Notes: generated by a model not told the origin, from the sequence alone. A stretch of 63,230 nt of DNA, filler included, from Octopus bimaculoides (GCF_001194135.2; 6 parts of 6 records of this genome joined end to end with filler, not necessarily neighbours in it), one strand, 5' to 3'; positions 48,424 through 63,052 are shown, counted from the first letter of the whole stretch. Translations and numbers: made by a program.

Positions 48424-49140
48424 GGTGGTGGTGGTGATGATGATGATGGTGGTAGTGATGAGGATGATGATAATGATGATGATGATGATGATGGTGATGA
48501 TGGTGATGATGAGGAGGAGGAGGAGAATAACGGTAATAGTGCGCCTTGTGGTGGCGGCGGTGGTAGTGGTGTCGTAGTTATAGTGATGGTAATGATAATA
48601 GTGCACGCTGTGGTGGTGGCAGTGGTGGTGGTGGTGGGAGCAGCGGCGGCGGCGGTATTGGTGATGGTAGTCGTAGTGGTGGTGGTGATGGTGGTGGTAG
48701 TGATCGTGGTGATGATGATGATGATAATAGTAACGGTAATAGTGCGCTCCATGGTGGCGGCGGCGGCAGCGGTTGTGGCGGTGGTGGTGCTAGCTACAAT
48801 ATTAGTGCATCCTGTACGGTAGTGTAATGGCAGCAGTGTAGTAGTAATGGTGATAGTAACGTTAATAGTGCACGTTATAGTGGTGGTGGTGGTGGTGATG
48901 GGTTTAGTAACGGTAACGGTTATAGTGCTCGTGGTCGTGTTAGTCGTAGTGGTCATGGTGGTGAGGGATGGCTTGATTGTAGTGGTGGTGGTTGTGGTGG
49001 TGATGGTGCCGGTCACAGTAGTGGTGGTGGTGATGAAGATGACGATAGTAACGGTAATAGTGCCCACTGTGATCGTGGTCGGGGTGCTGGTGCTTGTGGT
49101 GTTGGTTGTAGTGGTGGGGTGGTAGTAGTAGCAGTAGTAG
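47900..49140. repeat. Degenerate GGT/GAT/AGT triplet array with recurring GGTAATAGTGC motif
   Basis: The motif or a close variant occurs at 48021, 48323, 48532, 48594, 48735, 48861, 48918 and 49053. Confidence 0.85.
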
Positions 49141-49218
49141 CAGAGTTTTCGTAAGGTATTGGCGGTGGTATTAGTGGTAGTGAGAGTGTTAGTGAGAGTG
49201 AGTGAGAGAAAGAGAGAG

Positions 49219-49249
<31 letters not shown>

Positions 49250-49969
49250 GAAAAGAAAGATAGATAGTGAAAGAAAGAAAGAAAGAAACAAACAAATATA
49301 GACAAAGAAAGAAAGATAGATAGATAAAGAAAAAAGAAAGAAAAATGAAAGAAAGAAAGGAAGATAGAGAGGGACAGAGGGACAGAGAAGGATAGAGAGG
49401 GAAGGAAGGAAGGAGGGAGGAAACATGATTTGTGTATATCACGCGTCAATACCCTTCTCGCCCCTCAATGCTGTGAAAACCTCAAAGTTATGAAGAATAT
49501 TTTCTGAGTTTCCCAAGAGAATTATTAACTAAATTTTGGGGACATTTTTTTATTTTTTATTTTTTCGTTTTTTTTGTTTGTTTTGGAGAAAAACATTTAG
49601 TTTTGTAAAAAAAAAAAAAAAGAAAAGATAAAATAAATATCAGATATATAAGAAATATATGAACAAAAGACAAGAAAACAAAAATACAAAGCCTGAAAGA
49701 AACAGAAAAGAAAAAAAAGTGGAAGAAAATAAATAAAATATGAAATATAATTTAAAATTTATATAAAAAAATGTTTTAATATAAATAAGCAAATGAACAA
49801 ATAAATAGATAAATAAATACAAAAGAAGAAATGCGGATGAATGGGTAATGTTTTGAAGGCTGCATAGCCAAATCGGTAGAGCGTCCGATGACATATTCTG
49901 TGTATATACGTTCCGGGATTAAATTTCATCGAAGTCAACCTTGTCATGTAATCTTCTTTGCTTCACAAT

Positions 49970-50290
49970 CACATGGTTCCGGGTTCAGTCTCACTGCGTG
50001 ACACCTTGGGCAAGTGTCTTCCACTATAGCCTCGGACAGACCAATGCCTTGTCGGTATATTTGGTAAACGGAAACTGAAAGAAGCCATTATGTATGTATA
50101 TATTTGTGTATATGTATCTTTGTGTCTGTGTTTGCCCTCTCCCCTATCGCTTGACAACCGTGGTGGTGTGTTTATGTTACCGTAATTTAGCGGTTCGGCA
50201 ATAGGAGCCAATAGAATAAGTACTAGGCTTACAAAGAATAAGTCCTGGGGGATACTCCAGCATGGCCGCAGTCAAATGACTGAAAGAGAA
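49970..50290 (+). mobile_element. SINE family A lacking the extreme 5' end
   Basis: cacatggttccgggttcagtctcactgcgtgacaccttgggcaagtg...ccagcatggccgcagtcaaatgactgaaa. Confidence 0.85.
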
Positions 50291-50297
50291 TGAATAC

Positions 50298-50341
<44 letters not shown>

Positions 50342-50441
50342 NNNNNNNNNNNNNNNNNNNNNNNNNNNNNNNNNNNNNNNNNNNNTTAATTAATTAANNN
50401 NNNNNNNNNNNNNNNNNNNNNNNNNNNNNNNNNNNNNNNNN
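50342..50441. other. Artificial linker
   Basis: 44N-TTAATTAATTAA-44N. Confidence 0.95.
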
Positions 50442-50500
<59 letters not shown>

Positions 50501-50786
50501 CACATACATACAGCCATGTTGAAGCGGCTACAAACATTACTTATTATATACACACACGCACACACACCTACACGCTACACACCCGTACATGTTCATGTAC
50601 TCAAGATTGCTATTGTTGCATAAACAATAAACCGGATGATGAAGGCTTCACTTCCGGTTACATAATAGTTTTACAAGAAATGTATTACATGCGTAAGATC
50701 CCACACAAGGGCAACACCAGAGGAGTGGGGCTTTTTCAATATTAGTGCGTATGAATACATGCATGTACGTATAAAGGTGCGCGCGC

Positions 50787-50842
<56 letters not shown>

Positions 50843-51023
50843 TTTATTATTACTATCATATATATTTGTATGTATATTGATATATACATATTTGTATCTA
50901 TGTATATCGATATATATATATATTTGTTTCTGTGTGTACATACATACATATATAAATGGACACACACAAATATCTATGCTTATATGTATGTTTATATCTG
51001 TATATTTATATAGATGTGTATGC

Positions 51024-51057
<34 letters not shown>

Positions 51058-51681
51058 CTTTTGTCTTGTAATGAGTTTTCAGTTTGAGAGGGGCACCGTA
51101 TTATGATGACGTCTGTAATTCCAGCTTTTGTTCTTGTTTCGAGTTGGCAAATTCCGACATTGTTTTCATATTCTTTCCTCTGTCTGTATTAATGCCAGAC
51201 AAGTATATATGTCTATATACGTCTATACAGAGCTACATGTAAAGATACAGTGTTTAGACACATACGACAGAGGTGCCGCGAGCTATACTGTTGAAAGAAA
51301 TGCACAGACGTTCAGACATCTATTCATCTTCTACTTTCTACTTGTTTCAATCATTGAACTGCCCTATGCCGAAAGGTTTCAGTCGAAGAAATCAACTCCA
51401 GAACATATTTGATAGAAGGTTTTTTTTCTTCTTTTTTTTCTTGTGATAATTCCATTTTATCGACAGCCATCTTTATGAACGCAACATAACACACACTGGA
51501 AATGTGTGTACAAATTTCGAACGGTGCCAGCTATATTATTTTGTCTCGGCGAATCTTCTGTTTAGCGACTGCGACTGAGAAACACGGCTTGCTGAAAATA
51601 GCATCAGACACCGGTGTTTCGACATAATTTCGTTTCCTATGGATATACATACACATCGTTGTATTTATCTAATGCTGTTTC

Positions 51682-51762
<81 letters not shown>

Positions 51763-51811
51763 CATTGTAACAGTAATAATTTTTCGCGCACAAGTGTGGG
51801 TGTATAAACGT

Positions 51812-52350
51812 TAGCGTGGCTGTGTTGGAGGAAGTTTACTTCCCAACCACGTGTTTCTGGGTTCAGCTTCAATACGAGGCACTTTGGACAAGTTCCTTCT
51901 AACATAGATTCGGGCTGACCACAGCATTGTGAGTAAATCTGGTAGACTGAAACTCAAAGAAGCCCGTTATATATATGTGGGTGGGGTCAAAAATAAGGAG
52001 TGTATTGTGTTACGTGAATAATATTCTCATAAGTCATGCCTGTATAGTAAATAAACAAACGAACGGAAAAAAGACACTTGTTCAAGTTGAAAAACATACT
52101 AAATGCGCACATGAACAAACACAGAAGTTATTGGACCAGGGAGTCGAGTGCATGTGTGTGTGTGACTTTGTGTCTGTGTCAGTCAGTGTTGGTGTGTTTA
52201 CGTTCCCGTAACTTGGAGGTTGGGCAAAAGAAACCAGTAGAATAAATACCAGGTTTTAAAAATATAAGCACTAGGGTCAGTTCGATCGAGTCAAATTCTT
52301 AAAGGCGTTATCCCAACATGACTGCATTCTAATGACTGAAACAAGTCATT
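51812..52350 (+). mobile_element. SINE family A with an internal insertion (~51975-52135)
   Basis: The head/core is at 51812-51970 and the 3' half resumes at ~52150. Confidence 0.7.
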
Positions 52351-52574
52351 GTGTGTATACATACATACATACATACATACAAGCAGAGAAATTATAGATA
52401 GAATATTTAAATGACGTTATAAGTGATGTCTTGTAGCATCAACACAAACTTGAACCTACGTCATTTCCAAAACTACTGTCAGTTTTTCATTTGAAATGGG
52501 CCTATAAAAAATAATTGCCATTTTAAAGTCATCAGACGTGCACGAATGCGCTGGACTCACTCTAGATTTTACTG

Positions 52575-52790
52575 TTTCCTATTGATAAAAAGCCTCGTTA
52601 ACTAAGAAACTGTGCGCGTAATGGGCCGCAGATCTTTTGAAAATTAGAGCAGTATCCAGGAATTGCATTTAAAAACACCATAAGCCTGCTGAATGTGTAC
52701 AGCAGCGCTGTCTTGTTGAAATCATATGTAATTCTCTTGTCATTAAGTTGGGAAAAATTCTCCGAAATGTGTGCTTACTGTTTAAGGGAT
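52575..52790 (-). mobile_element. Tc1/mariner catalytic-domain remnant
   Basis: Minus strand NYI*FQQDSAAVH...FSKDLRP resembles 'FQQDGAPAH...SKDxWPP'. Confidence 0.45.
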
Positions 52791-52987
52791 TTGTAAAGCA
52801 AACAGGGCCGACCATGAGACGCCTGGAAATCGCGCAAACCAAACTACAGCTCCTAGAAAATGTACAGCACTGGGTTAATCATTAAGCAAAATCAACTCGT
52901 CCGTCATTTATACAGTATATATATAGTGAGAATTGACAAAAAGACGAAGATGGGTGTGTAAACAACAAACAGATGTATTAGTTTAAC

Positions 52988-53087
52988 NNNNNNNNNNNNN
53001 NNNNNNNNNNNNNNNNNNNNNNNNNNNNNNNTTAATTAATTAANNNNNNNNNNNNNNNNNNNNNNNNNNNNNNNNNNNNNNNNNNNN
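52988..53087. other. Artificial linker
   Basis: 44N-TTAATTAATTAA-44N. Confidence 0.95.
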
Positions 53088-53145
53088 TTGACATATAAAA
53101 GGTCAACTTACTTGCGAGCCGAAGCGACTAGCATCCGTCCAGATC

Positions 53146-53222
<77 letters not shown>

Positions 53223-54032
53223 TACATGCAGTAACAACTATTGAATTGCTGTGTCCTTTCGATTGTACAATAATGTGTAACTTAGTTGAACACAGACTAT
53301 AAGTTCTTGATGCTCCTTCAACTGCATATCCTCGATTAAGTAGTTAAGAGCCTTAACTTGTTATATTCTCTGATTAGACAATACTTCAAAGTATTTTTCA
53401 TTACTTTTCTAAGACGATTATAATTTCTTGTCTGGATATCATGTGATCGTAATATTCATTAGTCCTTTTCCTTCTATGTATTTGCTTCTATCTGTCTCTC
53501 TCTCTTTCAGTCTCTCTCTATGAAGGGTCTGTGTGTGTGTATTTGTGTATGTGTGAGTGCGCTTGTGTCTGATTGTGTGTGGGTGTTTGTGTTTGTGTGT
53601 ATGTGTGTTTTTCTGTGTTGACATCTAGGAATATAAACAATAACAATATATTGTGTAGCCTCTGTGGATAACTGTATTCATTTAATCTCGACTGACGAGG
53701 TAAATAATAGTCGAAACATCTAAACGTCCATAATGTTACTTGTAAATCTTCCATATTTTCTTCATATGATAGATTCAAGATATTTCTGTTTTCTTACCTT
53801 TAGCTCAGAGATTTAAAATTATACCTGTCGAGTGGTTCTCCTCAAACTTTCATTAATTATCTCACTAGCATTATTTAAGCTTGCATTGCTTATGTTAATG
53901 TACAACAATCGACTCTCATCCACTCGTTTATAACTATACCCACATATATAAAACTATACTTACATATACATACATACACACATATATGTGTGTGTGTATA
54001 TATATGTACATCTATGTATATCTATCTATCTA

Positions 54033-54151
<119 letters not shown>

Positions 54152-54191
54152 GAGAGAGAGAGATAGAGATATATATATGCATGTATGTATG

Positions 54192-54222
<31 letters not shown>

Positions 54223-54621
54223 GCATACATGCTTGTGTCTGTACATATATGTGTATGTGTGTGTACGTATATATGCATACACAATCACTCGCACATATGT
54301 ATTTGTATGTATGTATACGTACGTGCGTATAGTATATTCATATAAAATAGTCTGCTTGAGACACTACAAATAGCTCATGATAGCACATACTATTTAAGTA
54401 ATTCATCTGAAGAATGTTTCACTCTTCTGGCGAATTATGTAAATATCACGTATTACCACGAAAAGATTCATAGTGTATCCTTCAGGGTGTATCATGATAC
54501 ATACTAGCATTTGCCTGTGTTTACACACAGAGACACAGACACACATACACATACACACATACACATACACATACACATACATATGGACGTCTACAAATAA
54601 ATATATACGTAGACATATACA

Positions 54622-54655
<34 letters not shown>

Positions 54656-56081
54656 NNNNNNNNNNNNNNNNNNNNNNNNNNNNNNNNNNNNNNNNNNNNN
54701 NNNNNNNNNNNNNNNNNNNNNNNNNNNNNNNNNNNNNNNNNNNNNNNNNNNNNNNNNNNNNNNNNNNNNNNNNNNNNNNNNNNNNNNNNNNNNNNNNNNN
54801 NNNNNNNNNNNNNNNNNNNNNNNNNNNNNNNNNNNNNNNNNNNNNNNNNNNNNNNNNNNNNNNNNNNNNNNNNNNNNNNNNNNNNNNNNNNNNNNNNNNN
54901 NNNNNNNNNNNNNNNNNNNNNNNNNNNNNNNNNNNNNNNNNNNNNNNNNNNNNNNNNNNNNNNNNNNNNNNNNNNNNNNNNNNNNNNNNNNNNNNNNNNN
55001 NNNNNNNNNNNNNNNNNNNNNNNNNNNNNNNNNNNNNNNNNNNNNNNNNNNNNNNNNNNNNNNNNNNNNNNNNNNNNNNNNNNNNNNNNNNNNNNNNNNN
55101 NNNNNNNNNNNNNNNNNNNNNNNNNNNNNNNNNNNNNNNNNNNNNNNNNNNNNNNNNNNNNNNNNNNNNNNNNNNNNNNNNNNNNNNNNNNNNNNNNNNN
55201 NNNNNNNNNNNNNNNNNNNNNNNNNNNNNNNNNNNNNNNNNNNNNNNNNNNNNNNNNNNNNNNNNNNNNNNNNNNNNNNNNNNNNNNNNNNNNNNNNNNN
55301 NNNNNNNNNNNNNNNNNNNNNNNNNNNNNNNNNNNNNNNNNNNNNNNNNNNNNNNNNNNNNNNNNNNNNNNNNNNNNNNNNNNNNNNNNNNNNNNNNNNN
55401 NNNNNNNNNNNNNNNNNNNNNNNNNNNNNNNNNNNNNNNNNNNNNNNNNNNNNNNNNNNNNNNNNNNNNNNNNNNNNNNNNNNNNNNNNNNNNNNNNNNN
55501 NNNNNNNNNNNNNNNNNNNNNNNNNNNNNNNNNNNNNNNNNNNNNNNNNNNNNNNNNNNNNNNNNNNNNNNNNNNNNNNNNNNNNNNNNNNNNNNNNNNN
55601 NNNNNNNNNNNNNNNNNNNNNNNNNNTATGTTTATAGAGTGTAGGTTGCAGAGTGGTGGATACATAATTATACAGGTGGATAACTTGATAGATGATAGAT
55701 GATAGATGAAGAAGAGTGATTTCTAAAACTATATTCCGTTCTTTTGGTCTAACCTTCAGCTATTTAACATGTTAAGCAATCTTCTTCTTTTATCTACTCA
55801 GTAAACAAAGGCGAACGGAAACAAAACGTGAAATGTAACCAAAATTTAAAAAAAAAACAACAACAACAACAACAATGACGTATAAAATAATAGCAACAAT
55901 GAATGTAACAAGAAGAAAACAACAACACTAGGATTGCGTAAACGCAAACAAAAATGGAGACTGTGTTTTCGTCATCGGTTTTTGCGCATTTTCTTTCCTC
56001 ATTATGCTGCAAAGGACAAGTTAATAAATTACTCGGAAGGAAATAGCTAGCGAAATAATGAATGTGGAAAAGAATAGAAAC

Positions 56082-56137
<56 letters not shown>

Positions 56138-56554
56138 CGTAAAAAAAAGAACAATGGCAGCAATGCAATGACAGGAAGAAGTAAACAAGGAGGAGGAGGA
56201 GAGAAGGGAGGGAGATGAGGCTGGTGAGGAATAATAAGAATAATAAGAATAACACAATAGTGAAAGAGGAGAATAAACATTAGAGAAAATGTATAAGAAT
56301 GAAAATAATATAAATATAAATAAGCGAAAGAAAGAAGGAAAAGACAAACATAAAGCTGGAACTATGAGCTCAAATATATAAAACTACAAATTCAAAACAG
56401 TAAAATTAAAATGAACCAAAAAAAACAATAGAAAAAAAGAATTGTTCGAAGTATAGTTAAGTATGTTTCGTGTGATTTCTGATTTCTGTGACTGTAAATG
56501 ACGCAAAAGCTATGCATCGATTTCGAAACGTTATTGTCTAAAAGAAATCGTTTA

Positions 56555-56624
<70 letters not shown>

Positions 56625-57645
56625 CATTATTATTATTTTTTGTACTGTGTTATGTTCCTCCCGATCATACTGTATGCATTGATGTGTATCTTTTTATTTG
56701 TTTAGCTTTGTGTTATGTCACTTGATTTTCTTTCTTTCACAGAGTCAAACTTGTATGTTAAGTAAAGAAAGATTATAATGACAAACGCTAAGTCGGATTT
56801 ACCAATATACTTCAAAAGCATCAATACACAGAACACTATTGAAATAGATTGCTAACATTGTCACACTCAAGGTCACCTTTTTTTTCGGGTAGCGTTAGAA
56901 TCGGTTGAATCAACTCCAGTATCTAACGCAATATTTCTCAACCTATTTACCCTTGCATAACCCTTTAAAATAAATTACATGTCTCAAAGAACCCTTGCAA
57001 AAAAAAAAAATTATAGATTATATCTTACTCATATATTTCTCATCNNNNNNNNNNNNNNNNNNNNNNNNNNNNNNNNNNNNNNNNNNNNNNNNNNNNNNNN
57101 NNNNNNNNNNNNNNNNNNNNNNNNNNNNNNNNNNNNNNNNNNNNNNNNNNNNNNNNNNNNNNNNNNNNNNNNNNNNNNNNNNNNNNNNNNNNNNNNNNNN
57201 NNNNNNNNNNNNNNNNNNNNNNNNNNNNNNNNNNNNNNNNNNNNNNNNNNNNNNNNNNNNNNNNNNNNNNNNNNNNNNNNNNNNNNNNNNNNNNNNNNNN
57301 NNNNNNNNNNNNNNNNNNNNNNNNNNNNNNNNNNNNNNNNNNNNNNNNNNNNNNNNNNNNNNNNNNNNNNNNNNNNNNNNNNNNNNNNNNNNNNNNNNNN
57401 NNNNNNNNNNNNNNNNNNNNNNNNNNNNNNNNNNNNNNNNNNNNNNNNNNNNNNNNNNNNNNNNNNNNNNNNNNNNNNNNNNNNNNNNNNNNNNNNNNNN
57501 NNNNATATATATATGGTTGTTATATTTTTTGATAACATAATAGGTTAGATAGGATGATATCTATATTACAATAACCAATAAATGTTGCGCATGTATAGTA
57601 CTATTGCGATCATGAGTTTAGAATTAGCTTATTTCACTCTCCCTC

Positions 57646-57710
57646 GCAGAACCCCTAGGAACTTTTTGTGGAACCCTAGCGTTCCGGGGAACCCCGTTTG
57701 AGAAACGCTG
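57646..57710. mobile_element. hAT-type MITE right end
   Basis: ggaaccctagcgttccggggaaccccgtttgagaaacgctg, a terminus similar to the 11578 end. Confidence 0.5.
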
Positions 57711-58214
57711 ATCTAACGGGTACTGATTTCATCGATTCATGGACATTCCAGGAGTTACAACTACTTTCATTATCTATATTCTGCGAGGTGTGTGATCATG
57801 AACGAGAAGAAAATTGTTGGTAAACCCTCTCTCTCTCTCTCATTCTCTTTCTCACACACACACATGCTCATGCACGCGTACACACATATATACATATATA
57901 TATAATATACATGTGTATATCATCTATAAATGTATTGTGTGTGTGCGTGTGGTTGCATAGGCAAATATGTATAGACAGACATATAGACATGCACATATAT
58001 AAGTAAGGATGTATGCATGTATGTATGATACTTCAAGTTTGTGAAGAAGGAATTTAACCGGGTTTTCAAGGCATTTTGGTCGAAAGTAACAGCACAGCCT
58101 TGCACGCAAACCAGTATGTTGCAGACTTAACACTCAAATGTCACGGGTATTTATTTTCAGACGAATGGGTTCCAGTTGTCAATGTGCATTCATATGTATA
58201 TATGTGTATGAAAG

Positions 58215-58282
<68 letters not shown>

Positions 58283-58382
58283 NNNNNNNNNNNNNNNNNN
58301 NNNNNNNNNNNNNNNNNNNNNNNNNNTTAATTAATTAANNNNNNNNNNNNNNNNNNNNNNNNNNNNNNNNNNNNNNNNNNNN
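58283..58382. other. Artificial linker
   Basis: 44N-TTAATTAATTAA-44N. Confidence 0.95.
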
Positions 58383-59271
58383 GTAAGTGTGCAGTTGTGC
58401 TTCATCTCTAACTGCTAACCCAACAGCATTTTGTCAAATGACTGCATCCATTTTCCAGTTTTAGGTGATCTTTTTTTTCTGCGTCTATTTTTTTCTTTAT
58501 TCCTGGAAATTACCATTTTTACTCTTAATTTATATATTCTTTAAGGTCTTTTACAATCAACAATTACAGTGGATCACATGCCATATATGTACGTATGTTT
58601 GTATGTATGTATGTATGTATGTATGTATGTATGCATTTATGAATATATGCGCTTGTATATATTTATGTATATATGTGTGTGTATATATGGTAACACTGTC
58701 TAAGATTTTTATAGGAGTAGGTGGAAATAAAACCGATCATAGCTGAAGGTACTTAAAAGGCATTAATAACTTAAATAGCGTACAAAATTTACAGTTATGA
58801 ATTAAAATTTATGTCGCAGATTGAGCAATGAATTATAAAAAAAAGACATATAAATAAGCAATAAAACTCAGTCTCTCTATGAAGTTATATATTAGGTACA
58901 TTGATCTGATATCTGAAGAAGCTTTAAATGTAAAGAGCAAATATGATGGATATTTCTTTGAGCAGTATTTCACAAGAGTAGAATGAGGGCATGAATCTTG
59001 AAAGACATGATGCCGGTTCATAAAACATCAAAGATCTCTATAATCATCGTCATGGTAACATCCACTTTTCCATACTTGGATAGGTTCACATGAGCTTATT
59101 GAGGCAGATTTTCTACAGTGGGCAGCCCTTCATGTCCTCAACCCTCATTGGTTTCACAGAAGGTTAGAAATTAATGATACTGCTTTTTCGGCAGTGTCAC
59201 TTGTTTCCCAAATAAAAAAAAACACACAAACATACATACACTCACAATCCCACGTACACATAAAGACATAC

Positions 59272-59330
<59 letters not shown>

Positions 59331-59349
59331 CGAATAGATAGATAGACAA

Positions 59350-59417
<68 letters not shown>

Positions 59418-60083
59418 GCAGACAGATAGAGAAGCAGACAGATAGATAGACAGACAGATAAATATATCCTCTCCTCTCCACCATATTTGCGTATTTGTTT
59501 TCATAAAATATTAGTCTATCAAGCTAAAGTCTTTCAAACTAAGTCTGCAGAGATTTTTGCAACATAAATATACATTCTGATGCTCAGAAAATGTCTTACT
59601 ACCAAAATATATCTAGAGTCTAAAAGATAAAACTATCAACAATAAGATTGATTGGTCTATATGGAATCCATGACTCACAACATTAATGGTTCAAGCCAAT
59701 GTATCTTATGCATTTCAGAGAAATATAACATTCTGTTTTTCAAGAACACACATTTATTCATTTCTCCATTATCACAAATATTTCAATGACAAATGTTACT
59801 TCCTCTGTTTACATGTGTCCTTAGCACATGTAGACACATGGATAAAATCACATATTCTTGCTCAATAAACTGAACCATTGAAAATAACATGGAAATGAAC
59901 AGATAGAAATATAGGCTTTTCATGATTTTTTTTTTTTTCATTTTCGCTTTCACAACCAATCAAAATCTTGATGTCCTTTTAACCAATCATATTTTAATGC
60001 ATTGTCAAAAGAAAGTTTTTTGAGGCTTCTGCTCAAACATTGGAAATAACTTAAGAAGCTTTGGCTTTCAATAATGAAAACAT

Positions 60084-60200
60084 GATGATGATGATGAAGA
60101 AGAAGAAGAAGAAGAAGAAGAAGAAGAAGAAGAAGAAGAAGAAGAAGAAGAAGAAGAAGAAGAAGAAGAAGAAGAAGAAGAAGAAGAAGAAGAATGATGA
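60084..60200. repeat. (GAT)n-(AAG)n microsatellite
   Basis: Directly visible; about 32 AAG units. Confidence 0.95.
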
Positions 60201-60883
60201 TAATATTTTTGAGGAGACTTGTCACTAAAACTGAAGATAACATCCATTCCGTCAAACTAAAGTAGCATGTAATAGCTTTATAATAATAATAATAATAATA
60301 ATGAGAGGAAGAAGAAGAAGAAGAAGAAGAAGAACAATAACAACAACAACAACAACAACAATAACAACAACAGCAGCAGCTACACCAATAACAGTAATTG
60401 TGTGTGCACAGGTTTATGCATACACATGAGTGTGTGTGTGCGTGTGTGTGTGGCTAAGTTACCAGTGTTGATGTATTACTGACAAGGTAGAAACAGTTGT
60501 AGTCTGATAACAGCTGGATTCCAGATAACTAATTGGAAATCTTAGAGACTAATCTGTCAAATTTCTGATAAAGGCCATTGTTTGATATAGGTTAGTTTGG
60601 AGTAAATTCCAGGTAGATAATTGAATAATTTGGGAAATAGTAATGTTGTGAGAATAGTTACTGCAGAATTTGGTAAGCCACAGTTACAGTCAGTGCTGAA
60701 TTAACCATTAAGCAAAATAAGCACGTGCTTCAGACATCAAGAGAAGTGGTGTGGTGGGAGGAGCATGGAAATGGTAAATGGTCTACAGCACAAAATGAAA
60801 TCACTTTAAACTCACTGAAATAATGTAATTTCAAAGTGTTCAAGGTGTGACAGTGAAGATCTGATCAAAGACTTTGCAATTAG

Positions 60884-61300
60884 CACAGGAGTGACTGTGT
60901 GGTAAGAAGCTTGCTTACCGACCACATGGTTCTGGGTTCAGTCCCACTGCGTGGCACCTTGGGAAAGTGTCTTCTACTATAGCCTTGGGCCGACCAAAGC
61001 CTTGTGAGTGGATTTGGTAGATGGAAACTGAAAGAAGCCTGTTGTATATATGTATATATATATATATATGTATGTGTGTGTATATGTTTGTGTGTCTGTG
61101 TTTGTCCCCCCAACATCGCTTGACAACCGTTGCTTGTGTGTTTACGTCCCCGTACCTTAGTGGTTTGACAAAAGAGAATGATAGAATAAGTACTAGGCAT
61201 CCAAAGAATAAGTCCTAGGGTCGATTTGCTTGACTAAAGGCGGTGCTCCAGCATAGCCGCACTCAAATGACTGACACAAGTAAAAGAGTAAAAGAGAGTA
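60884..61300 (+). mobile_element. SINE family A, full length and well preserved
   Basis: gcacaggagtgactgtgtggtaagaag head to the aaaagagtaaaagagagtaagagt tail. Confidence 0.9.
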
Positions 61301-61748
61301 AGAGTAATAAATGTTTTGTTTCTTCTTATAATGATGACCCCATACACTTGCTGGCTTCTGGTATGCACAGCTTTTGGCTGGTGACAGTTGCATGTGCAAA
61401 TTGTTTGCAAAACATCGTGTCATTTTGTATAAGCACAAAGAGATTTGATATAAATTATATTTGAATGAGTGGGTGGCACAAAATAAACTCAGAGTAGATA
61501 ACAGAGTATAGCTCATACGAATATGTATTTACATTCCAACTTCCTTGTCCAGGGTTGGGCCCATGGCATGAAAGTGACTAGATAAGTAATCCAAATTGAG
61601 CTGTTAAATTATAATAATTGTATGTATGCCATATCTCCTGATTTTGTCCATGTTGGCAAGAAGAATACTTCCAAAGTTTACTCATTATATATGACTAACT
61701 GACTACATGCCATCAATAATGACGGTTAATTGTAATATTTTATATATA

Positions 61749-62123
61749 AACAAGAGCACTCAGAGAGTGCAAACCTCTGCCAAGGTAACACCAACGTTCT
61801 CTCAACAATTAGCCGGAGATGATTTTTAAAATGAGAATAGCTGAAATAAACTTGACTGCTCTCACAAACAAGAACACTAAAGATGAAGGCGATCGTTCTC
61901 AAAAATTAAGTAAGAAACAGGAAAAATAATCCAGAATCCTTGTCCGGCACTGGATCAATCCCAAAATCTAAACAGTTTGTGCCAGACATGAGACCAAACA
62001 TCCCTGAAAGTTTCAACTGAATCCATCCAATGGTTCATGAGAAATCTTGTCCACGGACAAATAAACAGACAAACAAAAATTACTGCAAACAATACCTCCA
62101 CCTTCACTAAGACGGAGGTAATA
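61749..62123 (+). mobile_element. Helentron/DINE-like non-autonomous element
   Basis: Starts aacaagag, has a (cagacaaa)-type tract near the end, and a subterminal hairpin acctcc-accttcactaagac-ggaggt (62094-62119) followed by aataa. Confidence 0.5.
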
Positions 62124-63008
62124 AGAGACATAATAATCACACATACAAAGATTCAGATACTTCCCTTGTACATGCACACACATACACATATATACTCACA
62201 CAGTGCAGATACGCTGAATTTTTTTCACCCCTTCCTTCCTTATTCCTCTATCACCCCATCCTTTCTCTCACTCCCTCTCAGTCAGGCCTATTACTCTCAC
62301 TACTTCTCCTTCACTGAATTACTATTTTTTCTCCTCCTCCACGTCCGGCATGATTCTGGACAAATACATAAAAACACTATGTTTATTATTATATTAGGAG
62401 ATTGTAGTATGAGAACAACACCCTAATACGAGGAATAGACCTGGACATTATATAATCAAATAAATTCATTGTTATTATAATATTCTTTTTCTTAAATATA
62501 ATCAGACAGTTGCAAACGTGTATAAGAGAACGGGAAGAGTGGGATACAAAACAGAGAAACAGGAAAGGGCAAGAGAGAAGGAAACAGAGTGATTTATCGC
62601 AGGTGAGAATGAGTAAGAGAGAGACCCTGATAATTATGATAAGATAAAAGCACACACAATGGGTAATGGTTAAATGGAGCATGTAAATATATACAGACAC
62701 ATGTGATTGCACAAACAAATATTCATGCTATGGATACACACAAACACGTACATATACACACAGAGACACACAAACACATACATAAAAGACATGGACACAG
62801 CTACATGTACTTTTGTTGTTTTCTTATTCATACAAGTAGAAGCAATGATTTTTGTGAATGTTTACTCGAGAAAAATGAATAGAAACTGTAGCAAATGTAT
62901 GTGTGTGTTTATGTGAGTGTGTGTGTGTGTACACATTTATACATACATACATACATACATATATAAATATATACATATATGTATATACGTACACATATAC
63001 ATAGCCAG

Positions 63009-63052
<44 letters not shown>

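Noticed and set aside
48130-48556. Apparent ~210-bp tandem duplication around the 10-N gap at 48347
   Set aside because: The two copies differ only in microsatellite length and flank a minimal gap, typical of overlapping contig ends or two alleles.
48033-49442. 469-aa Thr/His/Ser-rich minus-strand ORF
   Set aside because: It is the reverse complement of GGT/GAT/AG microsatellites, crosses a gap, and begins in a (CTTT)n tract. There is no domain signal.
52921-52987. Possible second Penelope-type terminus before the linker
   Set aside because: It shares only a short aacaacaaaca motif with 15770. Any diagnostic part would lie in the missing sequence.
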